From: Trypanosoma brucei
Lineage: Eukaryota
Assembly (NCBI GenBank): GCA_000002445.1
Contig: CP000066.1
Span: 544,001 to 608,000, forward strand
Reading direction: 5' to 3'
DNA: 64,000 bases
Under the pieces are notes generated by a model. That model worked only from the letters and a program-made list of their open reading frames with translations. It was not told where the DNA came from and did no database searches. Within the stretch, counting starts at the first letter, position 1. Each line of letters starts with the position of its first letter. The translations under genes were made by a program, and so were the position numbers. Shown piece after piece: positions 50,909 to 61,627 of this stretch.

Positions 50909-52231
50909 ATGGAGGATTATTATTATTACGAAGACGACTATGGTGATGAAGAGGGTGAATCACAGGATTCAGCCCTTGGGGATGCCTACTCGACGGCCAA
51001 ATCGCTGATGGGCACAAATCCCCTTCAGTGCGTTGCCGGTCTCCTCGCTGTGGAACGCGACGATAGCAGTGGTGGCAAGTGGACATTTAAGTCTCTCAAA
51101 GCGCTGGTGAAGGTAAGTAGGCAGATGGGCGCCTACGAGGATATGCTCCGGTACTACGAAAGAGTCTGCACATTCAACCACAAAGATGTGGACAAGGGTT
51201 CGTTGCAGAAGGCCATGACGAAGTTCATCGACGAATCACAGCGTGTCCCCGTGGATTACCTGGGTCGCGCACTCAGAACGACAGCGGAAGTCACGTCACG
51301 AGACCTCAAAGCATACAGTAGATTGTGGTTCAACGCAAAAGTGAAGTATGCAACTTTGCTGTTGGATGCAAACGATGTTGGGTCAGTCATCAGTGAAATA
51401 GAACCTGTTTTGGCGTGGTGCAAAGAGGAAGATCCACTTGGCTTTAAGAAGGGTAGTCAGTTGTTTTTTTGCTATGCGCTGTTGCTTCAAGCATACACAG
51501 TCGGAAGAGACTGGAAAAAAGTGCGCGACATGTTTTTTTCCACCATTTCCATAGTTAACACCATTGCTCCATCTCGAGTTGTGGGAAGTGTACTGGAGTG
51601 TGGTGGTAAGATGTACGTTTGCTACCGTGACTGGCAATCAGCTTTCCAGACGTTTTCTGCTGCCTTTAGGTACTACAATGAAGGCGGTGATCCCCGAAGG
51701 ATTAACTGCCTAAAGTACCTTGTGCTGACATGTTTGCTTAGTGGCTCTGATGTTGATCTATTTGCCGCACCAGAGACGAGAGCGTATGAGGAAGTTGCTG
51801 AAATAGTACCCTTCTCAGGACTTGTGAAGGCTTATAGGAGGAATGACGTTCAACGATTCCTTAGTACTGCGGATCTAGTGCGTCAGTGCTTCACAGCAGA
51901 ACCTGCTGTGCTTGTGTGTCTTGACCTGCTGCTTGATAACCTTAGACTGCGGGCCCTTGTTGCTTTCGCATCTCCGTATGAACGGTTGTCCATGCAGCGG
52001 CTTCAGAGTGTGTTGCTTGTCGACAAGGATGAGGTGGATCGCCTATGCCTAAGAGCAGTGAGTGAGGGAGTGCTTCGTGCCAAACTTGACAACGAGAATG
52101 GTGTTGTTATTATGAACGGGGAGTCTGAAGTCGGGCCTGAGACGGAGAGGCTGCTAGCATTTGACCGGTGGGTCAATGCCCTCCATGAATTTAACAAAAG
52201 GTCATACAAGGACATAGAACGTAACCTTTGA
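50909..52231 (+). CDS. CSN2: COP9 signalosome subunit 2 (CSN2), a PCI-domain protein.
   Basis: VGSVLECGGKMYV...AFRYYNEGGDPRRINCLKYLVLTCLL matches CSN2 IMGVIRECGGKMHL...[26 protein letters not shown]. The PCI domain is in the C-terminal third. Confidence 0.75.
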   Translation: MEDYYYYEDDYGDEEGESQDSALGDAYSTAKSLMGTNPLQCVAGLLAVERDDSSGGKWTFKSLKALVKVSRQMGAYEDMLRYYERVCTFNHKDVDKGSLQKAMTKFIDESQRVPVDYLGRALRTTAEVTSRDLKAYSRLWFNAKVKYATLLLDANDVGSVISEIEPVLAWCKEEDPLGFKKGSQLFFCYALLLQAYTVGRDWKKVRDMFFSTISIVNTIAPSRVVGSVLECGGKMYVCYRDWQSAFQTFSAAFRYYNEGGDPRRINCLKYLVLTCLLSGSDVDLFAAPETRAYEEVAEIVPFSGLVKAYRRNDVQRFLSTADLVRQCFTAEPAVLVCLDLLLDNLRLRALVAFASPYERLSMQRLQSVLLVDKDEVDRLCLRAVSEGVLRAKLDNENGVVIMNGESEVGPETERLLAFDRWVNALHEFNKRSYKDIERNL

Positions 52232-52896
52232 CCTGATTTACCTTTGTTTTTGTATCGTACTGTTTTGCCTTTAGGCAAAGGGTGTTGTGTGAAACGTGCA
52301 TCAAAGGTGTTCGACGTTCACTGGGGGTTCGAATGGGAGCAGCGCACAACATTGGGGAGTGTTTCCTATAATATTATTTACCCGTTGCGCGTTTCTTCTC
52401 AACTTCCCATTTTTTCTAGCTCCCTCCTCATTCCTTTCCCGGTGCGAAGGACTTTCGTTTCTAGTTGGCGGCCCCTTTTTAGTACACGGTGTAATTAGAG
52501 ACTGTAGACGTTGTGCGGTCGGCTTTTTCGTCAATTAGATTCCACTATGTGGAGTTAGCCATTTGTCGGTCGATATATAAACCTGCACGTGGAAATGTAA
52601 CGCTTTCTTTACTTTTGTGTGTTGCCGTTACTGGTAAACACATTATTCGAAACTTTATTTGTCCAGACGGTAATAGAGGAATGGGTGACAACCCACCCAT
52701 CAGAATTGAGGAATCAATGACGTGTTGCTGTTGCATCCCATTTGTGCTGTGTAAATGGACCGTAACATCTCTTTTGCCTAGCTACTTGAGCAGTCATAAC
52801 CTCTTGTTGTGAGCAGAAACACTTGCGGGTAACACCGATCCGCCTCACACTGTGGCGTGCAATTATTAGTCACCGTCTCATCTCCGCCTTCTTTCT

Positions 52897-52931
52897 GGAG
52901 GAGCAGCAGCAGCAGAGAGAGAGAGAGAAAA
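52897..52931. repeat. (GCA)n-(GA)n compound microsatellite
   Basis: gcagcagcagcagcagagagagagagagag. Confidence 0.85.
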
Positions 52932-53682
52932 GCAGGAGGCGGGAATTACTAAAGTTGCTTGGGTGATTTTTAGCTTTGGTGCCACTGTAGATCCGTTGTG
53001 TTGCTGCCTTTCTTCAGTTTCCGATGACATAACTGGAAGTACACTGCTGAACTTGTGCTGGCACGACTACCGTTTTCTTTGTTATTGTTGGAGGAGGGGA
53101 ATGATCATAGGCTGTACCTCAGCTTTATCCTTTGGGAGTGGAGAGGGATAACAATATCTATCTTATCAGGGAGAATTGGTACCTGTGATTTTGTGGACTG
53201 TCACAGACTCTGCAGTCAAGTGTTCTTACTACTCTACTCGTGACAAATATCATGCTGGCAATGGCACTAGGCCCTTATGGTCGCTGCGAGCCCGTGTGAG
53301 TAGGTTCGTTTGTTTAAGTGCCTGAACGAACGTTGTTCGTTTGACTAAACAAATGTGCGTTGGTGGGTTTTCGATGCGTTTGTTAACAACGTGTCGTACA
53401 CGAACAGCGACTGTTCAGTTGTTGTTGTTTTTGAGTGCTACAGACCCCCAGATTTTTGGTGTGGAGAGTCTCCTGGCAAGGTTTCTCACGCAGAGGAGGT
53501 CGGTCTCCGCTCCTCCCCATTTTTTCCCCCTCCTTTTCGCAGCTGATTGAACAAAGCACCGCTGTATTACGGCATTTTAGTGGGTAGCAAGTAGCCGCTA
53601 TCCTTGCCCAACAATTTTAAAGTTTCATAGTGTTCTGGAAGAAAAAAAACATAGAAGGTGTTGGCACCAATAGCTATACAGA

Positions 53683-55539
53683 ATGAAGTCTCGACAACCG
53701 ACGAAGAATTGCATCAACATGCACGACATTGTTGCCCAGCCACTTGACGCGGTGGTGGGTGCCATCAACGCTACTTTACGGCGGCCAGAGGAACTTGACG
53801 ATGCCGAGGTCCGCAGTATTTTCGAGGAAACTTCGTTTATTTTGCTACGGGCTGAAGAGGCGCTGATGGCCTCTGAGGAAGCTGCATTTCGTGCTCTCTT
53901 CACGCTTCTCAACAAGGGGTTTGCTCATAGCGCCGAGTCATTTGGCAAGGGCGTGGAGGTGTTTAGTTCCCAAGTCATGCTGCTGGAAGTGTTGGAAAGC
54001 ATTTTTCATCGTGCCGTCAAGCTCCAAGTCTTCCCGCTGCAGGGCGAAGCCGTTGCAGCGCTGCTTTACACCGTTGGAAACTTGTGTGATGGTGATGGCA
54101 CTAAAGATTCCTGTGGTCGCCTCTTTATTGGTGGGCTGGCAAACATCCTTGTCCACATGTACAGCCAGGATGTTGAAGAAGCACACCAGCACTTTGTCAC
54201 GCAACGCGCTGCTGTAGGTGCGATGATTAAATTGATGAAGAGGTCCCCACGGAATAGGAAACTCATCACTTCGTGGGACTTTTTGGCGAATTGCTGTGCT
54301 TTGAGCGTCGACCCCTTCTTCCAATTGCAGTGTATTGAGTTGTTGTATCGTGTTTCCCGCTCTAACAAATCGATATTTAAGCAAATGAAGAGTCGCCTTT
54401 CGACTGAGGTTATAGAGAAACTCGCCTCCTTGACAAACAGTGCAACATTGATATCTGATATGATGGGCGTGCTTGCGGTCATAAACCGTGACCGAGAGAG
54501 TCTTCTGGTGTTTCCTTTGGGAGCTTGTGAAGTGGCTGGTGTAGACTTAAACGGCTCGATGACGTGCTACTTCGCACCGCACTATTTTGTGCTTATATCC
54601 TCCGATGCCGTTACGGAGAGTACCATTCCTTATTCATCCATTCGGTCCGCGAAGTTTGTGGAACCCAGCGGTGTCGCTATCCGTGTTCACGAATTTCCTG
54701 CAAGTTTGGTGGCAGGGTTATCTAGAAAAACTCCAAAAGGCGATACACTAACGCTCCGTGTGAGCAGGGAACAACTCCAACGATTTAAGAGCTCGTCGAT
54801 TCATTCATGGATTACCGCTGCTATGAAAACTAGAGAAGGTGCACACCAGACCCCCGTTGGTGCACCCGGGGCCGGCAACAATGAACGCTGGAGCTCTGGT
54901 GTGACTCCAGTGGCATCGGACCATCCCCAGGACGGCAGCGGTCGTAAGAGATATCGAGAAGAATCCGTACAATCAGCAGGAAGCGGTAAGCCTGGCACAA
55001 CTTCCGACTTGAAAAATGTTGGGTCTTCGGAGGGACCGACAAGCGGTATCATGAAACATTCGGCTGAAGCGGTGAAGTTGATGAGCGAGGTATTCCCCCA
55101 GAAGGTAACTTCAATTATGTCTGAATCGATAAATAAGATCCAGGAAGCAGTCGACGGTGCACGTGTAACGACCGATGGATACCGCAGTCACGTCAAGTCG
55201 GCTGTCGAGGGGGCCATTCAACTCGTGGAGGATTCCCTTATGGCATCGCATTCAAAGGCTGCGGCAGCGGTGGAGAAACTAAACCACGAGCTGCAGGAAC
55301 GAAAAGCAACCGATACCGCCTTTCATCAGCGGATCGCGTGCATAGAGATTGCCGCGCAGCAGGCCTTGGAGGAAAGTAGAGAGAGTGAGGTGAGGTCGCT
55401 CGATTCGATAAAAAAGGAATTCGAGCAGCATGCAGCGAAGTATGCGGCAGCACTCGATGATGAACTTATACGACTGTCGAACCCGGTGAGTACCCTTTTT
55501 AACATTTTTAATTCCGAGGGTAACCAAAGCATTTGTTAG
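53683..55539 (+). CDS. Conserved hypothetical protein with SYCP2-like architecture (helical armadillo-like N-domain, PH/Spt16M-like beta module, C-terminal coiled coil). Candidate kinetoplastid kinetochore protein of the KKT17/KKT18 type.
   Basis: 618 aa. Residues 1-300 are helical. A beta-rich module follows (CEVAGVDLNGSMTCYFAPHYFVLISSDAVTE...GVAIRVHEFPASLV...LTLRVSREQL). After a disordered linker, a C-terminal heptad-repeat segment runs AVEKLNHELQERKATDTAFHQRIACIEIAAQQALEE...DDELIRL. The assignment rests on this architecture plus its position relative to SCS-alpha and PACRG. It does not rest on a residue-level match. Confidence 0.4.
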   Translation: MKSRQPTKNCINMHDIVAQPLDAVVGAINATLRRPEELDDAEVRSIFEETSFILLRAEEALMASEEAAFRALFTLLNKGFAHSAESFGKGVEVFSSQVMLLEVLESIFHRAVKLQVFPLQGEAVAALLYTVGNLCDGDGTKDSCGRLFIGGLANILVHMYSQDVEEAHQHFVTQRAAVGAMIKLMKRSPRNRKLITSWDFLANCCALSVDPFFQLQCIELLYRVSRSNKSIFKQMKSRLSTEVIEKLASLTNSATLISDMMGVLAVINRDRESLLVFPLGACEVAGVDLNGSMTCYFAPHYFVLISSDAVTESTIPYSSIRSAKFVEPSGVAIRVHEFPASLVAGLSRKTPKGDTLTLRVSREQLQRFKSSSIHSWITAAMKTREGAHQTPVGAPGAGNNERWSSGVTPVASDHPQDGSGRKRYREESVQSAGSGKPGTTSDLKNVGSSEGPTSGIMKHSAEAVKLMSEVFPQKVTSIMSESINKIQEAVDGARVTTDGYRSHVKSAVEGAIQLVEDSLMASHSKAAAAVEKLNHELQERKATDTAFHQRIACIEIAAQQALEESRESEVRSLDSIKKEFEQHAAKYAAALDDELIRLSNPVSTLFNIFNSEGNQSIC

Positions 55540-55845
55540 ACTGCCAATTCGTATTTACTGGCATGTTTTACTCCGACTTGTCCTTCCACGCTTGTATATA
55601 AATCACTTCTCGCGTGTATGCGGCAAACCATGGATCGTTCGTTGCCATGGCTGAGTAATGACGTAAACAGTAGTGAGCGTGCATGAAGCAATCGTTCGCA
55701 TGTACATGGGTCGATACTGCAAGATAGTTGTTTGGCATGGCTCCCTCATCTTCGTTCCCGTGTCCCTTTCCCCTTCCCCGCGTTATATTCTGCAGGGGAA
55801 GATATAAGAAAAAAGTTTTTTTAAAAAGGCATTAATACCACAGTC

Positions 55846-56844
55846 ATGGCTTGGATAACTGATGCTGCCGTTTCGCAGTTCCCATTGGCCACGGTCCTGA
55901 AGCAGCAGGGAGCTCTTCCCACATCCAACATGTTTACCGCTCTCCCCGAAAACCGAGTGCTTCGCATCTTTCAGCTCAATGCACTGACGACACAGGAGGA
56001 GGTTGTAGAGATCCTTCGTGGTTATCTGTTAGACATATTCAACATAGGAGCTCTTCAATCATACCGTTATGTTTACCAGGACGAGTTTAGCTTTCTTCTC
56101 GACGTCATTCTCTTTTTCGGGTCGACTTGGAGGTGCGGTCAGTCCGTGGGAGATCGTATGCAGAACCTTGTTTTACGCAATGAGATCAAAGCACTGGAAT
56201 CTGGGCAGAGCGACGCTGTACAGCTGGTCCATTCACTCGTGCCAAGCCGCGCTCGTCTTCTTTTGTATGGGGTACTTAATCTCTTCGTACCTTATTTATT
56301 CCGAAAACTGCAGCGGCGGACCTTGGAGGAAGGTTGGGAGGACGGGGGCGCAGGCGTTGTTAAGCGTAAATTGGCCAAACTACTGAAGGCTGTATCCGTT
56401 TCGTGGATGATCATCTCCCTGCTACACACCCTGCACTTCCTTGCTACAGCGCAGTATCGCACGCCTGTGGAGAGAATGCTTTCACTTCGGCTAGTATACG
56501 GTAGCCAGGATACTCGGAGGTTTACGAACCTTATCTACTTGAACCAACACATATTTTGGCAGATATGGAGTTCTTTCATAAGTGTGCTCAATATCGGCCG
56601 ATACACCTCAAGAGTAACTCGGTTTCTGCAAGCTTTCACAGCGAAGCCGGGAAATCCCTCTTTGACCGATAATGCATGTTCTGCATGCCACAATAAGCCA
56701 ACACTCCCACAACGATCAAACTGCGGGCACTTGTATTGCTATTACTGCATCAAGAGTCGCCTGTTAGGTCCTGGCTCCGCAAAGTCGTTTAGATGCTTGC
56801 GTTGCGGAACGGTTGTAAGCACAACCACCCCATGGGCACAGTGA
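55846..56844 (+). CDS. RING-finger peroxin of the PEX2/PEX10/PEX12 family (glycosome/peroxisome matrix-import ubiquitin ligase component).
   Basis: C-terminal C3HC4 RING CSACHNKPTLPQRSNCGHLYCYYCIKSRLLGPGSAKSFRCLRC. The N-terminal roughly 270 aa carry several hydrophobic helices, consistent with a Pex2_Pex12 membrane domain. Confidence 0.5.
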   Translation: MAWITDAAVSQFPLATVLKQQGALPTSNMFTALPENRVLRIFQLNALTTQEEVVEILRGYLLDIFNIGALQSYRYVYQDEFSFLLDVILFFGSTWRCGQSVGDRMQNLVLRNEIKALESGQSDAVQLVHSLVPSRARLLLYGVLNLFVPYLFRKLQRRTLEEGWEDGGAGVVKRKLAKLLKAVSVSWMIISLLHTLHFLATAQYRTPVERMLSLRLVYGSQDTRRFTNLIYLNQHIFWQIWSSFISVLNIGRYTSRVTRFLQAFTAKPGNPSLTDNACSACHNKPTLPQRSNCGHLYCYYCIKSRLLGPGSAKSFRCLRCGTVVSTTTPWAQ

Positions 56845-57320
56845 TCTATATGCAGTGGATAAGATGATGGTTGGGCAGGACGGGGATGGAGGAGTAGTGC
56901 TAAACGGACTGAAGCAACATCAAACGCTGGAAGGGGAGGAGCGTGTAAATTTAAGTGTGTGTTCATGCGTATGAACTCTGTCATTCCAACTTCTTCCGAC
57001 TCCGCGTGTGTGTTTGCTGAGGTGGTATTGCGCGTAATCCCGCAGTTCGGTGTTGAATATCCTTTTCTTTTACTTTGATCTATGCAAAGGCAGAACCACA
57101 GGCTTCTCCGGCTTGAATGTAGTAGGCAACTTGCGAGCGCTTACTCGCTTTTTTGAATTTCTCAAATAAAGTGACCAGCCCTCTATGGTCCATCTGCCCC
57201 TTTGTTTTTCTCACCGTCCGCATCTTTGGTTATTATTAATTTTTTTTTTGCGTTTTGTTGCCCTCCATCCTCGCTCCCGAATTACTCTTTGGAGTATCGT
57301 AGACTTTCTCCCTTCAACAT

Positions 57321-57842
57321 ATGGATCCGGCGGTAGGGGTCTTCTCCCCTTTCCACAGCGTCCTTGACGGGAAGAATAGCCGGATAAACCAAGCATTGGA
57401 GCTGGCGACAAAGGTGACCGTAAAAGAGGAACCGGACACTGAGAACGGCGGTGGCAAGGCAGCGATCATCAAGACACCGAAAGAAAATGGATCAAACCCC
57501 AACGGAACGTTGTGTGGCGGCTGCGAAAAGGTTTACACAACGAAAAAAATCCCTAAAGGGGGGACTTACCTTTGCAAACAGTGTGGGGAGAGGTACATTT
57601 CCAAATCTGCCGCCGGTCATTTCCCACCAAACACGCTGAAGTGCTGTCCTGCTAGTGTTACGGAGGGTACCGACGGTGTTGTACGTTGTTGCGCATGCCA
57701 CAGCTGGTACCATTGTGCGTGCTTGGGTATAGTTGATAAAACGCTCAAAGAGTATATCTCGTTGTCTACTACTAAGTGGTATTGCATGGAACCCGCTTGC
57801 TGTGAAAAGGTTCTGTGCGAGAAATTGAAGCGGAAACGGTAG
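57321..57842 (+). CDS. Small Cys/His-rich (PHD-like) zinc-finger protein.
   Basis: 173 aa, ATG start. Contains CGGCEKV...CKQCGERY and RCCACHSWYHCACLG...WYCMEPACC clusters. Confidence 0.45.
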   Translation: MDPAVGVFSPFHSVLDGKNSRINQALELATKVTVKEEPDTENGGGKAAIIKTPKENGSNPNGTLCGGCEKVYTTKKIPKGGTYLCKQCGERYISKSAAGHFPPNTLKCCPASVTEGTDGVVRCCACHSWYHCACLGIVDKTLKEYISLSTTKWYCMEPACCEKVLCEKLKRKR

Positions 57843-58104
57843 AAAAAGATTAACAGGGGGGGATACCGACCCGAACTGTGGTCACCCCCAGCGTTTCCAA
57901 GTCGATTTTATTCTTTTGTTGGTTGATCTATTTGTGGGGAAAGCGCTCCGAAGTTGCGTGAAGACCCGTCAACCCCCGCTGCTATCCGGTGTGGTGTGTG
58001 GTTTGTATCCTCCCTTTTTTTATCAACGTTCCTCTGTCTTTGCTTTATTTAGCACAAGTAACGTCAACAGAGCAAGGCGATTAGTGCACGCGTGATCATT
58101 CGCC

Positions 58105-59532
58105 ATGATTCACTTCGTCTTACTATGCTATCTCCTTTTCCCGCACGTACACCCGCAAGCCGCACCACTTCTCGAAGCGCTGGATCATCCGCTGTACTTC
58201 AGATCCAGCATGATGGCACAAAAAACAGATATTATAAATGGCAGTGTAATGAAGAAGCTGTTGGATTGGTACGTGGTCCGCGAGGCAAGTGAGTTGGGCT
58301 TTCGTGTTGCTACACTATTACAGACTGAAAACATGACACACTCAGAGCATGCAGAACCTTCCCTTGTTGCTCTTGGCCATGTAGTCACACGATGTAAACC
58401 CGTTTCAATGCCATCGTCTGCACCTGACGCTGCTTCTGTTGCATTACAGACATCACCTAGAACTATAAGGTTCTTTTATATCTGCAGCGGGTGGTCCTCC
58501 GCAACTCTTCGTGCCGTGGTTGCCCACTGGCGGGAAGGGACACTGGAGACAGTGGTGGACGAACCAGTCCTTTCGCTTGGTGCAGCGCGGGGGTGGCATT
58601 TGCCTATCAGCGTCCCAGATACGCCTCAACATTTGCTCTACGTTCTTGCGGCCGATGGGAAAACAACGGCAGTGCTGATCGAGGCCGATGAGTCTCCCAC
58701 AAGTGCACAACCCACTCGCATAACGACCCTACGCTTACCTCAGAAGTCGGCCGCGGGCGACACAAGATTAGTGTCATCTTGTTACCTGCCGAGCGTTGGG
58801 CTCAGTGGTCTCGTGCACCATTCAGAGACAGATGGACACTCGCACTTTGAACTGCACCGTGTCTTTTCCTCTGCACAGTCAGCAGAATTGCTACTGGAAA
58901 CATCAACGAACATCTTTACTGAACTCAGCGTGGAAGAGCGGCTTCACTGCAGCCTCTCGTCCCGCGTCACTTTCACTGACTGTAGCCTCACCTTCTCCAA
59001 TGAGGCGGTGTCTCGTGTGGACGTAACGGTTACCGCCCTTGTTGAGTCTCCAGTCGGAAGCGGTGGACACACAGTCGATGAGTGGATTTTGTGTGGCAAA
59101 ATAACACTTTCAGGAAACGCTGTGGTAAAAGAAAGTGGACTAAGAATTCAAGTGGCTCCTTTGCGCCGAGAGCGATTTACACCTGCGCGAACGACTCTTG
59201 AGCACGTTGCGCGCTTGGGATCGAACGGAAGTATCACGGGCCACATGAGGCGCTGTATTTTTTACCACGCTGGCGGTGCCGCCAGAGCTGAAGGTGGCGG
59301 TGAGGAGGTCGTGAATTGTAGCAGTGCCACAACCCACTTCCGCAGCGGTCGCCGCGGTGTTTCCAAGAGCTGCGTGGCGTTGCGGGTGTGGTGGAGACAA
59401 GAAGAGACCATCAATGGATATTTGTGCAATAAATTTGGTCTCTCCACCACCGAATTAAGCTCCGTTTTCTTTGTACTATTCACATCATTATGCGGTCTCC
59501 AACTTACCGCTTATTTTTTTTGTTCAACCTAG
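58105..59532 (+). CDS. Predicted type I membrane / surface protein.
   Basis: 475 aa, ATG start. Signal-peptide-like N-terminus MIHFVLLCYLLFPHVHPQAA and a single C-terminal transmembrane helix LSSVFFVLFTSLCGLQLTAYFF. Confidence 0.5.
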   Translation: MIHFVLLCYLLFPHVHPQAAPLLEALDHPLYFRSSMMAQKTDIINGSVMKKLLDWYVVREASELGFRVATLLQTENMTHSEHAEPSLVALGHVVTRCKPVSMPSSAPDAASVALQTSPRTIRFFYICSGWSSATLRAVVAHWREGTLETVVDEPVLSLGAARGWHLPISVPDTPQHLLYVLAADGKTTAVLIEADESPTSAQPTRITTLRLPQKSAAGDTRLVSSCYLPSVGLSGLVHHSETDGHSHFELHRVFSSAQSAELLLETSTNIFTELSVEERLHCSLSSRVTFTDCSLTFSNEAVSRVDVTVTALVESPVGSGGHTVDEWILCGKITLSGNAVVKESGLRIQVAPLRRERFTPARTTLEHVARLGSNGSITGHMRRCIFYHAGGAARAEGGGEEVVNCSSATTHFRSGRRGVSKSCVALRVWWRQEETINGYLCNKFGLSTTELSSVFFVLFTSLCGLQLTAYFFCST

Positions 59533-59855
59533 AGGCGGTTCTCTCTTAAGAGCATGAGGTCCTCGGTTTTGATCCCGTACAATATCCTAGTTTGTTTGTT
59601 GTTATTGTTCGTTTGTTTGTTTTACGTTTGTCTGTTCTGTTTGCTGTCTATTTTGTATAATTTTTACTATATTGTGCCACTTTCATTTTTGTTATCTTTC
59701 TCTCCCACGTACCTCCCCTCTCCCTACTCCCATGGAGCGGTGCACCGCATTTTGTGTGAATTTATCACATATGTTCGCTCCCACAGGTACATGTTCATCT
59801 GCGTATATTTTTCTTCCTTTTCCCTCGCCTTTGTACTTCGTGGAGCGAGTTAAGG

Positions 59856-60260
59856 ATGAACAACAAGGCACCGGGCACGCCGCCCCGTCCGGAAGGGTAT
59901 GAAACGGCGGGAGGTGCTGCAACAAATGAAAATTTTTTCCACCCCAAACGTAAGATGACGAAAAGCATTCAGCGAGCGGGGTTCCGCTCTGCGCGGCGCC
60001 TAATGGTGTGCTTTTCGGTAGTCATCGGAACAATTGTTATAGCGCCTTCGTACTTGGGACCATTTTATGTAAACTACGTGGCCGGTAAGAACTGGTTAGA
60101 GCGGGCGAGCAAGTCCATTTGGACCCGACGTAACGAGAAGGATTACGACCTCTACATGACGCAGCGCAAGAATGGGTGGTGGGAGTATTTAGGACTCAAA
60201 CACTACAACATTGGGGGTGAAACTAATGTTGGCGAGATCCAGACATACCGAAGCAAATAA
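59856..60260 (+). CDS. Small hypothetical protein with one predicted transmembrane helix.
   Basis: 134 aa, ATG start, hydrophobic segment LMVCFSVVIGTIVIAPSYL. It is in the correct orientation for the plus-strand block and is preceded by a T-rich tract. Confidence 0.35.
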   Translation: MNNKAPGTPPRPEGYETAGGAATNENFFHPKRKMTKSIQRAGFRSARRLMVCFSVVIGTIVIAPSYLGPFYVNYVAGKNWLERASKSIWTRRNEKDYDLYMTQRKNGWWEYLGLKHYNIGGETNVGEIQTYRSK

Positions 60261-60366
60261 AACCATGAAGCCAGCATATGGAGGGAATCAGGGGAAAGCA
60301 GGTTTTGCTGTGCGGGTGCAAGTACCTATTTAGTCGTTGGTTCTAGCGTACGTAGTTGTTTCTTTT

Positions 60367-60386
60367 TATATATATATATATATATT
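60367..60386. repeat. (TA)n microsatellite
   Basis: tatatatatatatatatata. Confidence 0.9.
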
Positions 60387-60764
60387 ATTTTTGAATTTAG
60401 TTTGTTTCATGTCAAGTTTCCCCTCCCTTTTCCCTTTTTTTTTCCTTTTGATCACATTTCAGCCTTTATATATGGTTTGTTGTCTGGCTCATAGAAGGCG
60501 TGTGTGGAGCTCTTGGCGTACCACAAATGGACTACCATTAGGCAGACAACAATCTGCTTTGGCTTTACCGGAAGCCGAACAATTGAAGGGCTTATTGTTG
60601 TTTGCGAAGTTTGGGGGACACCACACTCGATTTGCATGTGTTTCTTTTTTTTTTCTTTTACCTTTTAGCGCTTGACCTTTGGCTTATATAGCCCCCACTT
60701 TCCCCGTTATAATGTTGCGGACCTTCATCATCCTCTTTGCCTTTTTATAGCATAGCAAACGCAT

Positions 60765-61085
60765 ATGGAAAAAAATGCGCATGGGCTACTAGCCGATGCA
60801 GATTCACCGAAGGCCCATCGGCACATACGCAATACATTGAAAGTGAACAAATTGAGTAGTGCGCTTATGTTTATGGCAGTTGTTACGCCCGTAATGGTTT
60901 TGGTTTCGTTTTACAGCGCAAAGCTTGAAGCAGTGCGGGAAAAGTGGGTGGATCCGTATGAGTTGCCACCCGGCTTTAATCCCAAAACGGGAAGGTTTAT
61001 GTCTGACAGTAAACCTCAAGGGGTAACGGAGCCGCCGGCGCCACTTCTGCTGCGGGGCGCTGTGCCAGGGGCAACACGGCAATGA
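60765..61085 (+). CDS. Small hypothetical membrane protein.
   Basis: 106 aa, ATG start, hydrophobic segment LMFMAVVTPVMVLVSFY. It could instead be non-coding. Confidence 0.25.
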   Translation: MEKNAHGLLADADSPKAHRHIRNTLKVNKLSSALMFMAVVTPVMVLVSFYSAKLEAVREKWVDPYELPPGFNPKTGRFMSDSKPQGVTEPPAPLLLRGAVPGATRQ

Positions 61086-61627
61086 GGCAATTAAATCATA
61101 ACTAATAAGAGACACCGGCTGAATGTCAAAACAAAAAAATTCCAATCGGAACATGTACATTTGGGGCTTTTCCGCCTGAAGAATATGTGAGCGTTCGACA
61201 CCCACGAGTTTGTTTTGTCTTTTTGTGTGTTTTGATTTGCTTGACAGGACGAATGGCACGCGTTTGTCGTCAGCTGGGCATGCAATGGTGTATATTAGTG
61301 TCATATCTTGGGTATTTTATCCTAGTTTAGCCTCTTTTATTTGTGTTGGTGTCCGACTAAACTGCATGCCACAAAATTGTCTTGAATTTTTTTTTCACCT
61401 TTTTTTTTCTTTTTTGTTCTGTGTTTTCGTAATACTCAAGACCATTGGGAGCTTTTTGTACCTCTAAAAAAAAAAAAGCTCACCCGACGCCATTTGATTC
61501 ATATCCCACTCCTAGTGGTGGCATCGGCACAGAACTTTGTTTGTTTTGTTATTTTCTTTGTATTTAGTGGCTGGCACATATCGTTTGTGTTTGGAAGCCC
61601 ACGTAGCTGAATGTGATACGGCCCTTC

